A stretch of DNA of 64,000 bases from a virus, in the IMG/VR virus record IMGVR_UViG_3300036770_007174, positions 1 to 64,000 of that record; one strand, written 5' to 3'. The notes under the pieces are model-generated. The model ran no database searches. It was not told the origin of the DNA and saw only the letters and a program-made list of their open reading frames with translations. The position numbers and the translations under genes are program-made. Numbering within the stretch: position 1 is the stretch's first letter; every line of letters starts with the position of its first letter. Shown one piece after another: positions 45,323-54,684 of this stretch.

Positions 45323-47191
45323 ATGGCGCGGGCGAGAAGGATCGCGGAGTCGGGTGGTAACGCCGCCCAACTGACGCGGACCGAGCGAGCCGAGGCGCTG
45401 ATAGCATCTGTCCGGGCGGATGGTATCGACATGGCCCGTGCCATCGCGCGAGAAGTGGCCGAGGGGTGGTTTGACACCAAGGCCGAGTCCGTTATCGACA
45501 TAGTCGCATTCGACTTGACTCTTCCTGTCCTTTCTACTGCGACCGCTGAACAGGCGCGCGCCCTAGGGCGTGACCTGGCCGATTTGGCGATTGGTGAGGC
45601 CATTAGCGAGATCGGACGCATCTACACGCGCTCACTGCCTGCCGACCATCGATCTGCGCATGGTGTCTATTACACTCCGCCCACCCTGGTTCAGCGGCTT
45701 CTGGACCGCGCCGAGGGCGCTGGTGTGGATTGGCTTACCGCCAGGGTAATCTCACCATCATGCGGCGCAGGTGCCTTCCTAGTCGAGGACGCTGCCCGGA
45801 TGGTTGCGGCGATGGACGGGGCCGAACCGGCGATCGTCGTCGCGTCTGTCGGGGCACGCCTCCGCGGATGGGATATCGACCCCTTCGCTGTGTGGTTGTC
45901 TCAGGTCGCCGTCGAGGCTGTGGTGTTGCCGCAGGTCGTCGCGTCTGGCAAGCGATTGCCTCCCATCACCGAGCGCCGCGATAGCCTCATGGATGACTGG
46001 GGCGGGCATGTCGGTGCCTACGACCTGGTCAACGACAACCCCGCCTTCGGTAAGGTCACCAAGACGGACGCGATCACCGAACGTTTCGCCCGAAGTCAGA
46101 AGGGCCACATTAACCTGTACGGGTTGTTCATAGACGTAGCGGTCCACCTGGCTAAACCTAGAGGCGGCGTCATCGCCTATTTGACGCCGACCTCCTATCT
46201 CGGTGGCAACTACTTCGCCCAGCTTCGTTCACTGCTGGTGTCGGAGGCTCGCCCAGCTAGCATTGACCTCGTCGAGAGTCGCCAGGAAGTGTTCCCGGAT
46301 GTTCTCCAGGAGGTGGCCCTCTCCGTATTCGTGCGTGGCCGCCGGTCGCTGACGGCCTCATGCGCTGTGGTGCATGTCGAGCCAACCGGCCTCCGGATCC
46401 AAGATGTCGGACCGCTGGTCGTACCAAAGGACTTGCGGGGCCCTTGGATAATTGCCCGAGACCCTACCAGTGTGCCGTTGGTAGCGGCGATGCAGAAAAT
46501 GGACGCCCGCCTCCTTGACTGGGGTTGGACAGTAAAGACTGGGCCATTGGTGCCCCACAAGAACGCAGAGCGCATGCAAGACGCTCCTGGACCGGGACGT
46601 GTGCCAGTTATCTGGGCCGAAAGCATCTCGGCGATCGGGGGGCGCTTCTCCATCGTCTGCGGTCGTCCGGGCCGAAAAGCATGGTATGCCGCAAGGCAGG
46701 GGAAAGACAGCAACGTCAGCACTGGCGCCGCCCTCTTGCTCCAGCGGACGACGGCGAAGGAGCAGCATCGCAGGCTGATCGGCGCCGTCATGTCGCAGGC
46801 GGCGGTCGATGCGGTTGGCGGGCGGGTTGCAGTGGAGAACCACGTCAATATGCTGTTGCCTACGGGGCCGAAGCCGCAGGTGTCGCTGGCCAGGCTTGCC
46901 GCATTTTTTGCTTCGGAAGCAGCCGACCGGGCGTTCCGATGCATCAGCGGATCCGTCGCCGTCAGCGCAACCGAGTTGGAAGCGTTGCCTCTGCCTAAAG
47001 TAGGTGATCTTATAAAGGCGCTCGCCGCCCCAGAGTCGGAGGCAGCTCTGCTCCGCCTTTACGGGATCCAGCATGGCGAAACTTGCGAAGCCACTGACGA
47101 AGAAGGCCACGGTCACACCGAAGAAGGCCCTGCTCCAGGAAGGGCCGCTGCCGCCGCTTCTGCCGGTCGACGAAATCAGGACGCGGCTTGA
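45323..47191 (+). CDS. N6-adenine DNA methyltransferase (Eco57I/BsuBI-type) with atypical motifs
   Basis: GVYYTPP, SPSCGAGAFL (motif I), DNPAF (motif IV), NLYGLF, LLQRTTAKEQHRRL, VENHVN. Start uncertain; GGAGAG RBS before 45323. Confidence 0.8.
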   Translation: MARARRIAESGGNAAQLTRTERAEALIASVRADGIDMARAIAREVAEGWFDTKAESVIDIVAFDLTLPVLSTATAEQARALGRDLADLAIGEAISEIGRIYTRSLPADHRSAHGVYYTPPTLVQRLLDRAEGAGVDWLTARVISPSCGAGAFLVEDAARMVAAMDGAEPAIVVASVGARLRGWDIDPFAVWLSQVAVEAVVLPQVVASGKRLPPITERRDSLMDDWGGHVGAYDLVNDNPAFGKVTKTDAITERFARSQKGHINLYGLFIDVAVHLAKPRGGVIAYLTPTSYLGGNYFAQLRSLLVSEARPASIDLVESRQEVFPDVLQEVALSVFVRGRRSLTASCAVVHVEPTGLRIQDVGPLVVPKDLRGPWIIARDPTSVPLVAAMQKMDARLLDWGWTVKTGPLVPHKNAERMQDAPGPGRVPVIWAESISAIGGRFSIVCGRPGRKAWYAARQGKDSNVSTGAALLLQRTTAKEQHRRLIGAVMSQAAVDAVGGRVAVENHVNMLLPTGPKPQVSLARLAAFFASEAADRAFRCISGSVAVSATELEALPLPKVGDLIKALAAPESEAALLRLYGIQHGETCEATDEEGHGHTEEGPAPGRAAAAASAGRRNQDAA

Positions 47192-48209
47192 GGCGATCTT
47201 TCCTCCCGGCATCCAATCGCGCGAGTTTGTAATCAGGGAGAACGCGGCCAAGACGGTCCTCGCGTCGCTTGTCGTGGGCGCCATCGAGGGGCGTGGCCGG
47301 TGGCTCGCGCCTCGCCATATCTATCGGCTTCGTCAGTCGGTCGTTGAGGCAACTGATCCAGCGGATAGGCTGGCCTACTATCGCCGGGTGCCGAGGGCGT
47401 CAGAGGAGGCGGCCTACGCTGACAATAGTCGCGAGGGGGCCAGGGACGAGGCCATACGTCGAGGCCTGATACCGCTAAATGCGATGGTGCTAAGGACCGA
47501 TGTCAGCGTGACATCGATGGAGGGACGCTATGCGCTGACGGAGGACTTCACGCGCCTGTTCGACCCAGCGTTGAAGGACGCAGCCTTCGATGCTGCCGCA
47601 AGAGCATGGCAGGGCAAATACCTGTCGGGCGCCGCGCTCGCCCGGGCAGCGGTCCTCCAGGGAATTGACGCCGGGGGTGTAGAGATCGCTCTGCCACAGG
47701 GTGGTGCCGTGGTGCTTCCTGCCGGTGAAAGCCCCGTCATGACGAAGCACGTGGTGGAGCAGTTCGCGAAACGTTTCTTGGTCAACCCGGTTGTAGTTTG
47801 GATCAGCGACAGCCGCGAGAAGGTATACCAGCACGACACACTCGTGAAGGCGATGCAGGTGCAAATGGACGCCGCACGGCTGCTACCCGATGTGGTCCTC
47901 GTCGACCTTGCTCCCCCGGGCAGACAAGGACGTCTCCTTGTCGTCTTTGTGGAGGTTGTCTTTTCAGATGGTCCGGTGGACGAAGGAAGGCGCGAGCAGC
48001 TCTGGAAACTCCTGGAGGCAAGCCCGAAGGGCTACAAGCCCGAAGATGCGGCTTATGTTACAGTCTACACGGACAGGACCAGTTCCCGCCCCGCCGCCAG
48101 GGCACCGCGTGAACTGGCCTGGAATTCATTTGCATGGTTCGTTACAGAACCGGACTGCATCGTTCAGTACAGGGGTGGGCCGCCGGTCATGCTGGCATCG
48201 TTGCTTTGA
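47073..48209 (+). CDS. BsuBI/PstI-family type II restriction endonuclease
   Basis: YADNSREGARDEAIR N-terminal motif; LPDVVLVDL...FVEVVFSDGP; YVTVY; LAWNSFAWF. Confidence 0.85.
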   Translation: MAKLAKPLTKKATVTPKKALLQEGPLPPLLPVDEIRTRLEAIFPPGIQSREFVIRENAAKTVLASLVVGAIEGRGRWLAPRHIYRLRQSVVEATDPADRLAYYRRVPRASEEAAYADNSREGARDEAIRRGLIPLNAMVLRTDVSVTSMEGRYALTEDFTRLFDPALKDAAFDAAARAWQGKYLSGAALARAAVLQGIDAGGVEIALPQGGAVVLPAGESPVMTKHVVEQFAKRFLVNPVVVWISDSREKVYQHDTLVKAMQVQMDAARLLPDVVLVDLAPPGRQGRLLVVFVEVVFSDGPVDEGRREQLWKLLEASPKGYKPEDAAYVTVYTDRTSSRPAARAPRELAWNSFAWFVTEPDCIVQYRGGPPVMLASLL

Positions 48210-48377
48210 CACGTTTTCGTCGGAGACCCTTACCCTGGATGACTGCGAGTGCGATGCTATTGACGGTTGGGTGACGACGAAGATCCGCCTCCGGGCGCCC
48301 CAGTGCGATGGCTACGGCGGTCAGCATGACGACGGCGCTGGCGATGACGATGATGGTCGCTTGCAGTTCCCGCAGAA

Positions 48378-48761
48378 CTACTCGCCAGATACTGGTTTGC
48401 TCCACTGCACTCCCACCCCCTTCATCAGCGCTGGCAACGTCACCCCCTCCTCCTGCCGCCCCTCCAGGATCGCCTCCACGATCGCAGGCGCAAGCAGCGT
48501 CAGCCGCAACACGTCGCCGACGTATGTCCGGTCCAGCTTTTCGGCCCGCGCGATATCGGAGACGGAGGCGTAGGTGCCGTCGTCCAGAAGCCGCTTCCAC
48601 CGGAAGGCCCGCCCCAGCGCCTTCAGCAGCGACGGATCGGCGTTGGTCGCAAACTGCCGCGGCGCGGTGGTCAGCACGGACCCTTCCGGCGACACCACCA
48701 CCTTCCGCCCGCCCCGCTTCCGGATCGCCAGCGGCACCCGCACTGTCACCGTGTCGGCCAT
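48378..48761 (-). CDS. recombinase-associated HTH-like hypothetical protein
   Basis: RKRGGRKVVV, LLKALGRAFRW, LRLTLLAPAIVEAILEG; coupled to the recombinase stop. Confidence 0.75.
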   Translation of the reverse strand: MADTVTVRVPLAIRKRGGRKVVVSPEGSVLTTAPRQFATNADPSLLKALGRAFRWKRLLDDGTYASVSDIARAEKLDRTYVGDVLRLTLLAPAIVEAILEGRQEEGVTLPALMKGVGVQWSKPVSGE

Positions 48762-50095
48762 CAGGCTGCCTCGCGCATTGCGTCGCTACCCCGCAGGTCC
48801 CGCACCAGGCTCGACAGCCCGTCGACCCGCAGCTTGATGTCCGCGCCGGTCGGGCCAATGGTCACCCGCTCCACCAGCAGCTGCACCAGCCGTGCCTGCT
48901 CGGCCGGGAACAGCTCATCCCACATCGGCTCTAGCTGCTCCAGCGCCTCGCGGACCTCGGCCTCAGTCACGTCTGGCGCCTCCTCGCGGCAGGCTTTCCA
49001 GGTGCCAACGATCACCTCCGGCTGCCGCACCAGAGCCCGGACCTGGGCAAGCACCACCTGCTCGATCTCGGCTGCGGCAATGCGACGTACGATGTCCGGG
49101 TTGGTGGTGTTCTGATCCTTCAGCACCGCCTGCGCCACGTAGTAGCGGTACTGCCTGCCGCCCTTGCGCGTGTGCGTCGGCGACAGGGCACGACCATCCA
49201 GCCCGAAGATCAGGCCCTTCAGCAGCGCCGGCGATTGCGCCCGGGCCTGGTTGGCCCTGACTCGCGGGCTGACCTGCAGCACGGCGTGCGCCCGATCCCA
49301 GAGGTCCCGAGACACAATGGCCTCGTGCTCGCCAGCGTGAATCCTCCCCTTGTGCGGCGCCTCGCCCAGGTAGGTCCGGTTGGCGAGTAGCCGGTAGAGG
49401 TAACCCTTGTCGATCGGCATCCCGGTCTTCGACAGGACGCCCTGCTGCCGCAGTTCCTGGGCCAGCTTTGTGGCGGACCTAAGCACGACGAACCGCTCGA
49501 AGATCGCCCGCACCTGCCGGGCCTCGCTCTCGACCACGATAAGCTTGCGGGCCTCGACCCGATAGCCGAGCGGCACCTTCCCGCCCATCCACATGCCGCG
49601 GGCGCGGGACGCGGCGAACTTGTCCCTGATTCTCTCGCCAATCAATTCTCTTTCGAACTGAGCAAAGCTGAGCAGGATGTTCAGCGTCAGTCGGCCCATC
49701 GAGGTCGTTGTGTTAAAGGATTGAGTGACGCTCACAAACGTGACGTTGTGCGCCTCCATGGTCTCGACGAGCTTCGCGAAATCCGTCAGCGAGCGGCTGA
49801 GCCGATCGATCTTGTGAACCACAATGACATCGATCCGCCCTTGCTCGATATCGGCCAGTAGCCGCTTCAGCGCCGGACGCTCCAGGGTGCCGCCCGAGAA
49901 GCCTCCGTCATCGTAGTAGTCCGGCACCTCGATCCAGCCTTCCTGGCGCTGGCTGGCGATGTACGCAGCGCAGGCATCGCGCTGGGCGTCCAGCGTGTTG
50001 AACTCCTTCTCCAGCCCCTCGTCGGTGCTCTTGCGGGTGTAGATGGCGCAGCGGATCTTGCGGATCTGCGCGGTGGCCGCGGATTTCTTGCTCAT
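48761..50095 (-). CDS. large serine recombinase (integrase)
   Basis: CAIYTRKS catalytic Ser, DDGGFSGGTLERP, KIDRLSRS, FAQFERELIGER, recombinase domain GEHEAIVS. Confidence 0.93.
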   Translation of the reverse strand: MSKKSAATAQIRKIRCAIYTRKSTDEGLEKEFNTLDAQRDACAAYIASQRQEGWIEVPDYYDDGGFSGGTLERPALKRLLADIEQGRIDVIVVHKIDRLSRSLTDFAKLVETMEAHNVTFVSVTQSFNTTTSMGRLTLNILLSFAQFERELIGERIRDKFAASRARGMWMGGKVPLGYRVEARKLIVVESEARQVRAIFERFVVLRSATKLAQELRQQGVLSKTGMPIDKGYLYRLLANRTYLGEAPHKGRIHAGEHEAIVSRDLWDRAHAVLQVSPRVRANQARAQSPALLKGLIFGLDGRALSPTHTRKGGRQYRYYVAQAVLKDQNTTNPDIVRRIAAAEIEQVVLAQVRALVRQPEVIVGTWKACREEAPDVTEAEVREALEQLEPMWDELFPAEQARLVQLLVERVTIGPTGADIKLRVDGLSSLVRDLRGSDAMREAA

Positions 50096-50562
50096 GCCAG
50101 CCCCCGTTGGTTCTTGAGGCCGAAGAAGGTGAAGCCGTTCCACCGGGTGCCGGTGATGGCGCGGGCGACGGCCGACAGGGACTGGTACGGCCGCCCCTCC
50201 CATCCATAGCCGTTGGCGAGCACGGTCACTGTTTGCTCCACCCCTTTCCACTCGCGGATGAGGCGGGTGCCAGCGATCGGCTTATCCTGGTGGCGGATGC
50301 GGCGGATGATGGCGTTGCCACCGTCCAGCTGCTCGCCGATGGCCTCGAGCTTCGCCACCGTCTCGGGCTTGAGGCCGCCGTATGCAAGCTCCTGTATGCG
50401 GTAAGATAGCCGGCTCTGGATATACGTCCGGCTGAAGGGCGGCGGCTCCTTGCCGAACAGCTCACGCCATTGCTGCTTCAGCTGGGCGATGGGCATGGCG
50501 TGCAGCGCGGCCAGCCGCGCCAGGACCGTGTCCTTGGGGATGGAAGTGATCAACGTGGTCAT
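50092..50562 (-). CDS. DUF2924 protein
   Basis: RIQELAYGGL, GTRLIREWKG, SLSAVARAITGTRWNG. Confidence 0.88.
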   Translation of the reverse strand: MTTLITSIPKDTVLARLAALHAMPIAQLKQQWRELFGKEPPPFSRTYIQSRLSYRIQELAYGGLKPETVAKLEAIGEQLDGGNAIIRRIRHQDKPIAGTRLIREWKGVEQTVTVLANGYGWEGRPYQSLSAVARAITGTRWNGFTFFGLKNQRGLA

Positions 50563-50798
50563 GCGACTCCCTTTCTCTTGGGGTTCGCATGGACGCGCTG
50601 CCGGGCGGTGGAGTGTAGGCGAATGTCTCCACGCTCCCGAGCCTGGGCGGGGCTGTTTGCACTTTCCGCGGCCATGCGGCTGCGCAGCCGCAGGATGCCC
50701 AAGGCGAGGATGGCGCAGACCTCGCGGAGGTCGGGCGGCAGTAGGGTCGGGAGGGCAATCGAAGGGCGCTGCGGGGTGTGCATCGCGCTACGATACAC
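50559..50798 (-). CDS. small hypothetical protein
   Basis: LREVCAILALGILRLR; overlaps DUF2924 start; true start possibly 50783. Confidence 0.5.
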   Translation of the reverse strand: MYRSAMHTPQRPSIALPTLLPPDLREVCAILALGILRLRSRMAAESANSPAQARERGDIRLHSTARQRVHANPKRKGVA

Positions 50799-50826
50799 AT
50801 TGGCACGCCGTCGGGGAGTGCGTATT

Positions 50827-50838
50827 TGTAGCGCTACA
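50827..50838. promoter_or_regulatory. perfect palindrome TGTAGCGCTACA, putative CI operator
   Basis: 12-bp perfect palindrome upstream of the DUF2924/recombinase operon; variants between cI and cro. Confidence 0.65.
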
Positions 50839-50861
50839 TGATGCGCCGCGGATTCGGCGCG

Positions 50862-51638
50862 TTACGACCCGATCTGCCGTCCCAGCCAGATCACGCGCCC
50901 AACCACGGTGAGGTCCTCCGGACGTATCCCGTGCTGCGCCTCGTATGCCTTGTTGTCCGACAGCACGACCAAATGTTTGCTCGCGAGATCGACCTGCAGT
51001 CGCTTCACCTGCAATCCACCATCGGTGCGAATGACGTAGATGCCATCCTTCCGCTGGGGCCGCTTCTGCCCGAAGTCGACCAGTACCGTGTCCCCCTGGC
51101 GCAGGGTTGGCTCCATCGAATCGCCGTCGACGGCGATCACGGCCAAGTCCTCGAGTGGTGCTGCGGTCACCGAGCGCACCCACTCTTCGCGAAAGGCGAT
51201 GCGGTAGATCACCGTCTCGTTGTCAATTTCGCGGCCAGGGCCGGCCGAAGCGCGTGTGTCGTAGACTGGCAAGAGCGCCCAGGAGTCCCCTCCCATGCTG
51301 ACGATCTCAGCGGGGAGGTTGCCAGCAGACGGTGATCGTGGTGCCCGCGGCTTGCGGCTTGTCCGCTGATCCAGAAGGGCGGAGGCCTGCTCAGCGGTTG
51401 TGACCGCGCCTTGCAGTGCCGGCGCATCCTTGCCGAACAGCAGCGCCTGCCAGGTGATCCCCAATGCGGCGGCCAACTCGCGTGCTGCCCGCGGCGTCAG
51501 GGGGCGCCGCCCGCTTTCATAGGCTCGATAAGTGGCCTCCGGAACGCCTGACATGCGCGCCAGTTCGGCGCCACTGCCAATGCCATGCTCCTCCCGGAGC
51601 CGCTTGAGACGGTCTGCTGTCGATTCCATGCGTTGCAT
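50862..51638 (-). CDS. CI-like repressor (XRE HTH + S24 peptidase)
   Basis: HTH AELARMSGVPEATYRAYESG; SAGPG cleavage site; GDSMEP Ser; VKRL Lys. Confidence 0.92.
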   Translation of the reverse strand: MQRMESTADRLKRLREEHGIGSGAELARMSGVPEATYRAYESGRRPLTPRAARELAAALGITWQALLFGKDAPALQGAVTTAEQASALLDQRTSRKPRAPRSPSAGNLPAEIVSMGGDSWALLPVYDTRASAGPGREIDNETVIYRIAFREEWVRSVTAAPLEDLAVIAVDGDSMEPTLRQGDTVLVDFGQKRPQRKDGIYVIRTDGGLQVKRLQVDLASKHLVVLSDNKAYEAQHGIRPEDLTVVGRVIWLGRQIGS

Positions 51639-51640
51639 TA

Positions 51641-51732
51641 TGTAGCGCTTTCTGCGCGCTTGTGTAGCCCTAAAATTTTCCTACTTCAAGTCTTGTGAAT
51701 GTGCCGCGACAGTCTGTATCTGTTGCGCATGA
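51641..51732. promoter_or_regulatory. cI/cro operator region
   Basis: TGTAGCGCTTTC (51641), TGTAGCCCTAAA (51663), TGTGCCGCGACA (51700), TGTTGCGCATGA (51721). Confidence 0.6.
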
Positions 51733-52052
51733 GCCCCAGCGCATCCCTCCGGTCCGCAGCCGCCGTCAGCGACCCCGCCACCACCGGCGATGAGGTGCGA
51801 CGCCGTGCGGTGGCAGCGCCGGTCATCCCGCCGCGCAGCTTCGCCGAGGTGATCGCCCTGTGGCCGAGCGCCGCGGAGCTGGCCGAGGTCCTCGATGTCG
51901 AGGCGGTCACCGTGCGGGCCTGGCGCAAGCGCGGCATCCCCGCCCGCTACTGGACCGCGGTCGCCCGGGTCGCGCGCCTCAGCAACCGCCCGGTGGATGA
52001 GCGGCTGCTGGCCGAGATCGCGTCCATCCGCAGGAGCCGCGTCCATGGGTAA
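51729..52052 (+). CDS. Cro-like HTH protein
   Basis: AELAEVLDVEAVTVRAWRKRGIP; divergent from cI. Confidence 0.75.
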   Translation: MSPSASLRSAAAVSDPATTGDEVRRRAVAAPVIPPRSFAEVIALWPSAAELAEVLDVEAVTVRAWRKRGIPARYWTAVARVARLSNRPVDERLLAEIASIRRSRVHG

Positions 52053-52467
52053 GGCATCGCGCGACAAGGGGCTGCGCCGCGAGCGGGCCATCGTCGAGAT
52101 CCACACCAAGTCAGGGTTGCGGGCCGAGCGCGTGCCGCTCTCCGGAGCCAGCCGCTACCGCGGGAATGGTGCGGATGTTGACCTCTACATACGTGGCACC
52201 CAGCCGCTGAAGTCCGAGGTCAAGGCGCGCGGCGAGGGCACCGGCTTCCGCACGCTGGAGCGCTGGCTCGGGGACAACGACGCTCTGTTTCTCTGGCGCG
52301 ACCGTGCCGCCCCCTTCGTGGTGCTGCCCCTGCACGTCTGGCTCGAGGTCGCCGGGCGCAGCGCCCGCGCGGATGCGGATGGCGATGTCGATCGGCGGGA
52401 GCGCCGACGCGGTGTCGAACTCGGTCCGGTCGCGCCCACCGATCCCATCGCCCGCCAGGTTGCCTGA
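52045..52467 (+). CDS. Holliday-junction resolvase-like (Hjc-type) nuclease
   Basis: SRDKGLRRER, RVPLSGA, ADVD, EVKAR. Confidence 0.75.
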   Translation: MGKASRDKGLRRERAIVEIHTKSGLRAERVPLSGASRYRGNGADVDLYIRGTQPLKSEVKARGEGTGFRTLERWLGDNDALFLWRDRAAPFVVLPLHVWLEVAGRSARADADGDVDRRERRRGVELGPVAPTDPIARQVA

Positions 52468-52494
52468 CCCCAGCCCCGCCACCCAGGAGTTTCC

Positions 52495-52971
52495 ATGACG
52501 AGCAACCGCACCACCCTGGCCGAGCTGCGCACCATGGACGTGCAGCAGCTGGCCGCCCTCCCCATCGATCATCTCGCCCTGCTCGCAGACGACGTCGCCA
52601 CGCTCAAGTCCGATGCCAAGACGCTCGGCGACAAGCTCGCCACCGCGCTGCACAGCCGCTTCGGCGACCACGCCGCGGTCACCCGGCGCATTGAGGGCAA
52701 GGACACCGGCCGCGTGCGGTTCCAGGTCGGCGGCTTCGAGATCGTCGCTGATCTGCCGAAGCGCACCGAATGGGACCAGAGCCGGCTGCGGGACGCCGTG
52801 GCCGTCCTGCGCGGCTGGGGCGAGGACCCCACCGACTATGTGGCGGTCGAGATGAGCGTCCCCGAGAGCCGCTACGCCGCCTGGCCACCGCGCATCCGCG
52901 CCCTGTTCGAACCGGCCCGCACCGTGGGCACCGGACGACCGACCTACACCCTCAGGAGCACCGAGCCATGA
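52495..52971 (+). CDS. hypothetical phage early protein
   Basis: AGGAG RBS; GKDTGRV...ADLPKRTEWDQ...WPPRIRALFEPART. Confidence 0.7.
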   Translation: MTSNRTTLAELRTMDVQQLAALPIDHLALLADDVATLKSDAKTLGDKLATALHSRFGDHAAVTRRIEGKDTGRVRFQVGGFEIVADLPKRTEWDQSRLRDAVAVLRGWGEDPTDYVAVEMSVPESRYAAWPPRIRALFEPARTVGTGRPTYTLRSTEP

Positions 52972-53174
52972 ATTCCTTCGTCCCCCTCGGCCAGCGCGTC
53001 CGCGACGCCGGCGACCAAGCCGTGCCGATGCTGGTCGACATCATCATCAAGGCCGCCGCGCAGGCGGGCATGGCCCTCGATGCCCTGAGCGAAGAGATCA
53101 CCTCGCGGGACCTCGAGGAGGTCGACCGCCGGCTGACCAACGTGCTGCGCATCCTGCTGACGGGAGAGAAGTGA
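52968..53174 (+). CDS. hypothetical protein
   Basis: 68 aa, translationally coupled on both sides. Confidence 0.5.
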   Translation: MNSFVPLGQRVRDAGDQAVPMLVDIIIKAAAQAGMALDALSEEITSRDLEEVDRRLTNVLRILLTGEK

Positions 53175-53356
53175 TGCACGAGTTGCGCATCCAGGTCGCC
53201 ATTCCCCTGGCGGGCGACGCCATGGCCAGGGCCAAGGACGTCGCGGCCTTTGAGCCGACGCTGGACAGCTTCACCGAGGCCGTCGCGCGCGCCGGCGGGC
53301 AGATCGAGGTGGACGTCGTTAAGGCCAAGTCGCGGCCGAGCCGGGAGGTGGTGTGA
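53174..53356 (+). CDS. hypothetical protein
   Basis: 60 aa, coupled. Confidence 0.5.
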   Translation: MHELRIQVAIPLAGDAMARAKDVAAFEPTLDSFTEAVARAGGQIEVDVVKAKSRPSREVV

Positions 53357-54141
53357 TGGCCATTTCCCTTGCATCCCTCCGGCGCGGTGGTGAAGCACAG
53401 CCGCCCCGGCTCCTGGTCTATGGCGTCGCCGGTGTCGGCAAGACCAAGCTCGCGGCGGCCGCACCCAACCCGGTGTTCCTGCAGACCGAGGATGGGCTCG
53501 GTGGCATCGACGCCGCGACCTTCGGCGTGCTGCGCAGCTACGGCGACGTCCAGGACGCGCTGGACGTGTTGTATGGCCAGTCGCACGATTTCCAGACGGT
53601 GGTGCTCGACAGCCTCGACTGGCTGGAGCCGATGATCTGGCAGCACACCTGCGCGATCCAGCCCACCCCGTGGGCGTCGATCGAGCAGCCGGGCTTCGGC
53701 AAGGGCTACACCGCCGCGGTCGATACCTGGCGCGGCTTCCTCGACGGGCTGAACCTGCTGCGCAATGAGCGTGGCATGGGCGTGATCCTGATCGCCCATG
53801 CCGACATCAAGCGCTTCGACAGCCCTGAGACTGAACCCTACGACCGGTACCAGCCCAAGCTGCACGCCCGCGCCGCGGCGCTGGTGCAGGAGCACGTCGA
53901 TGCCGTGCTGTTCGCCAACTACCGGATCAGCACGCTCAAGTCCGACGCCGGCTTCGGCAAGAAGGTCGTGCGTGGCGTGAGCGGCGGCGACCGGCTGCTC
54001 CACACCACCGAGCGACCCGCATACCTCGCCAAGAACCGCTTCGGCCTGCCCGACACATTGGCCCTCGACTGGCCGGCGCTCGCCGCGGGCATCCCCTTCT
54101 ACACCGGAGAGACCGCGGCCGCCGCGGAGGAGGTCCACTGA
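53356..54141 (+). CDS. Sak4-like AAA_24 ATPase (phage recombinase)
   Basis: YGVAGVGKT, QTEDG, VLDSLDWLE, GFGKGY, LIAH, AKNRF. Confidence 0.88.
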   Translation: MAISLASLRRGGEAQPPRLLVYGVAGVGKTKLAAAAPNPVFLQTEDGLGGIDAATFGVLRSYGDVQDALDVLYGQSHDFQTVVLDSLDWLEPMIWQHTCAIQPTPWASIEQPGFGKGYTAAVDTWRGFLDGLNLLRNERGMGVILIAHADIKRFDSPETEPYDRYQPKLHARAAALVQEHVDAVLFANYRISTLKSDAGFGKKVVRGVSGGDRLLHTTERPAYLAKNRFGLPDTLALDWPALAAGIPFYTGETAAAAEEVH

Positions 54142-54142
54142 C

Positions 54143-54682
54143 ATGGCCCAGCTCAACCAGCATTTCGACGCCAACACAGTTGAGCCAGCCGCGCCCTACG
54201 AGCTGCTCCCGCCCGGGCGATACGTCGCGCAGATTGTGCAGAGCGAGATGCGCCCGACCAAGGCCGGCAACGGCCAGCTGCTCTGGCTCGAGCTCGATGT
54301 GCTCGAAGGCGCCCACCAGGGCCGCAAGATCTGGGATCAGCTCAACCTGGTGAATCCGAACCAGCAGACGGTGGAGATCGCGCAGCGTGCGCTGTCTGCG
54401 ATCTGCCATGCGGTGGGGCAGCTCCAGGTCAGCGACAGCGAGCAGCTACACCTGCGGCCGCTCCAGGTGACGGTCGCGGTCGAGCCCGACAGCCGGGACA
54501 AGCATCTTCAGCCGCACGAGCAGCGCAAGCAGAACAAGATCAAGGGCTATGCTCCGCTCGGTCCTGCGGCCGCCGCGCGTCCCCCTGTGCCGCAGTCGAG
54601 CGCGCCGCGCACGGCTCCTCCCCCGCCGCGTCCGGCGCCGGCAGCGGCAGCCACCACCCCGCCCTGGCGCCGTGCGGGCTGA
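54143..54682 (+). CDS. DUF669 ssDNA-binding protein
   Basis: FDANTVEP, LPPGRY, GRKIWDQLNL, Pro-rich tail ending PPWRR. Confidence 0.82.
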   Translation: MAQLNQHFDANTVEPAAPYELLPPGRYVAQIVQSEMRPTKAGNGQLLWLELDVLEGAHQGRKIWDQLNLVNPNQQTVEIAQRALSAICHAVGQLQVSDSEQLHLRPLQVTVAVEPDSRDKHLQPHEQRKQNKIKGYAPLGPAAAARPPVPQSSAPRTAPPPPRPAPAAAATTPPWRRAG

Positions 54683-54684
54683 CC

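Noticed and set aside
48187-48378. Short hydrophobic minus-strand frame (IIVIASAVVMLTAVAIAL)
   Set aside because: No convincing start or RBS of its own; overlaps two real genes; cannot be supported
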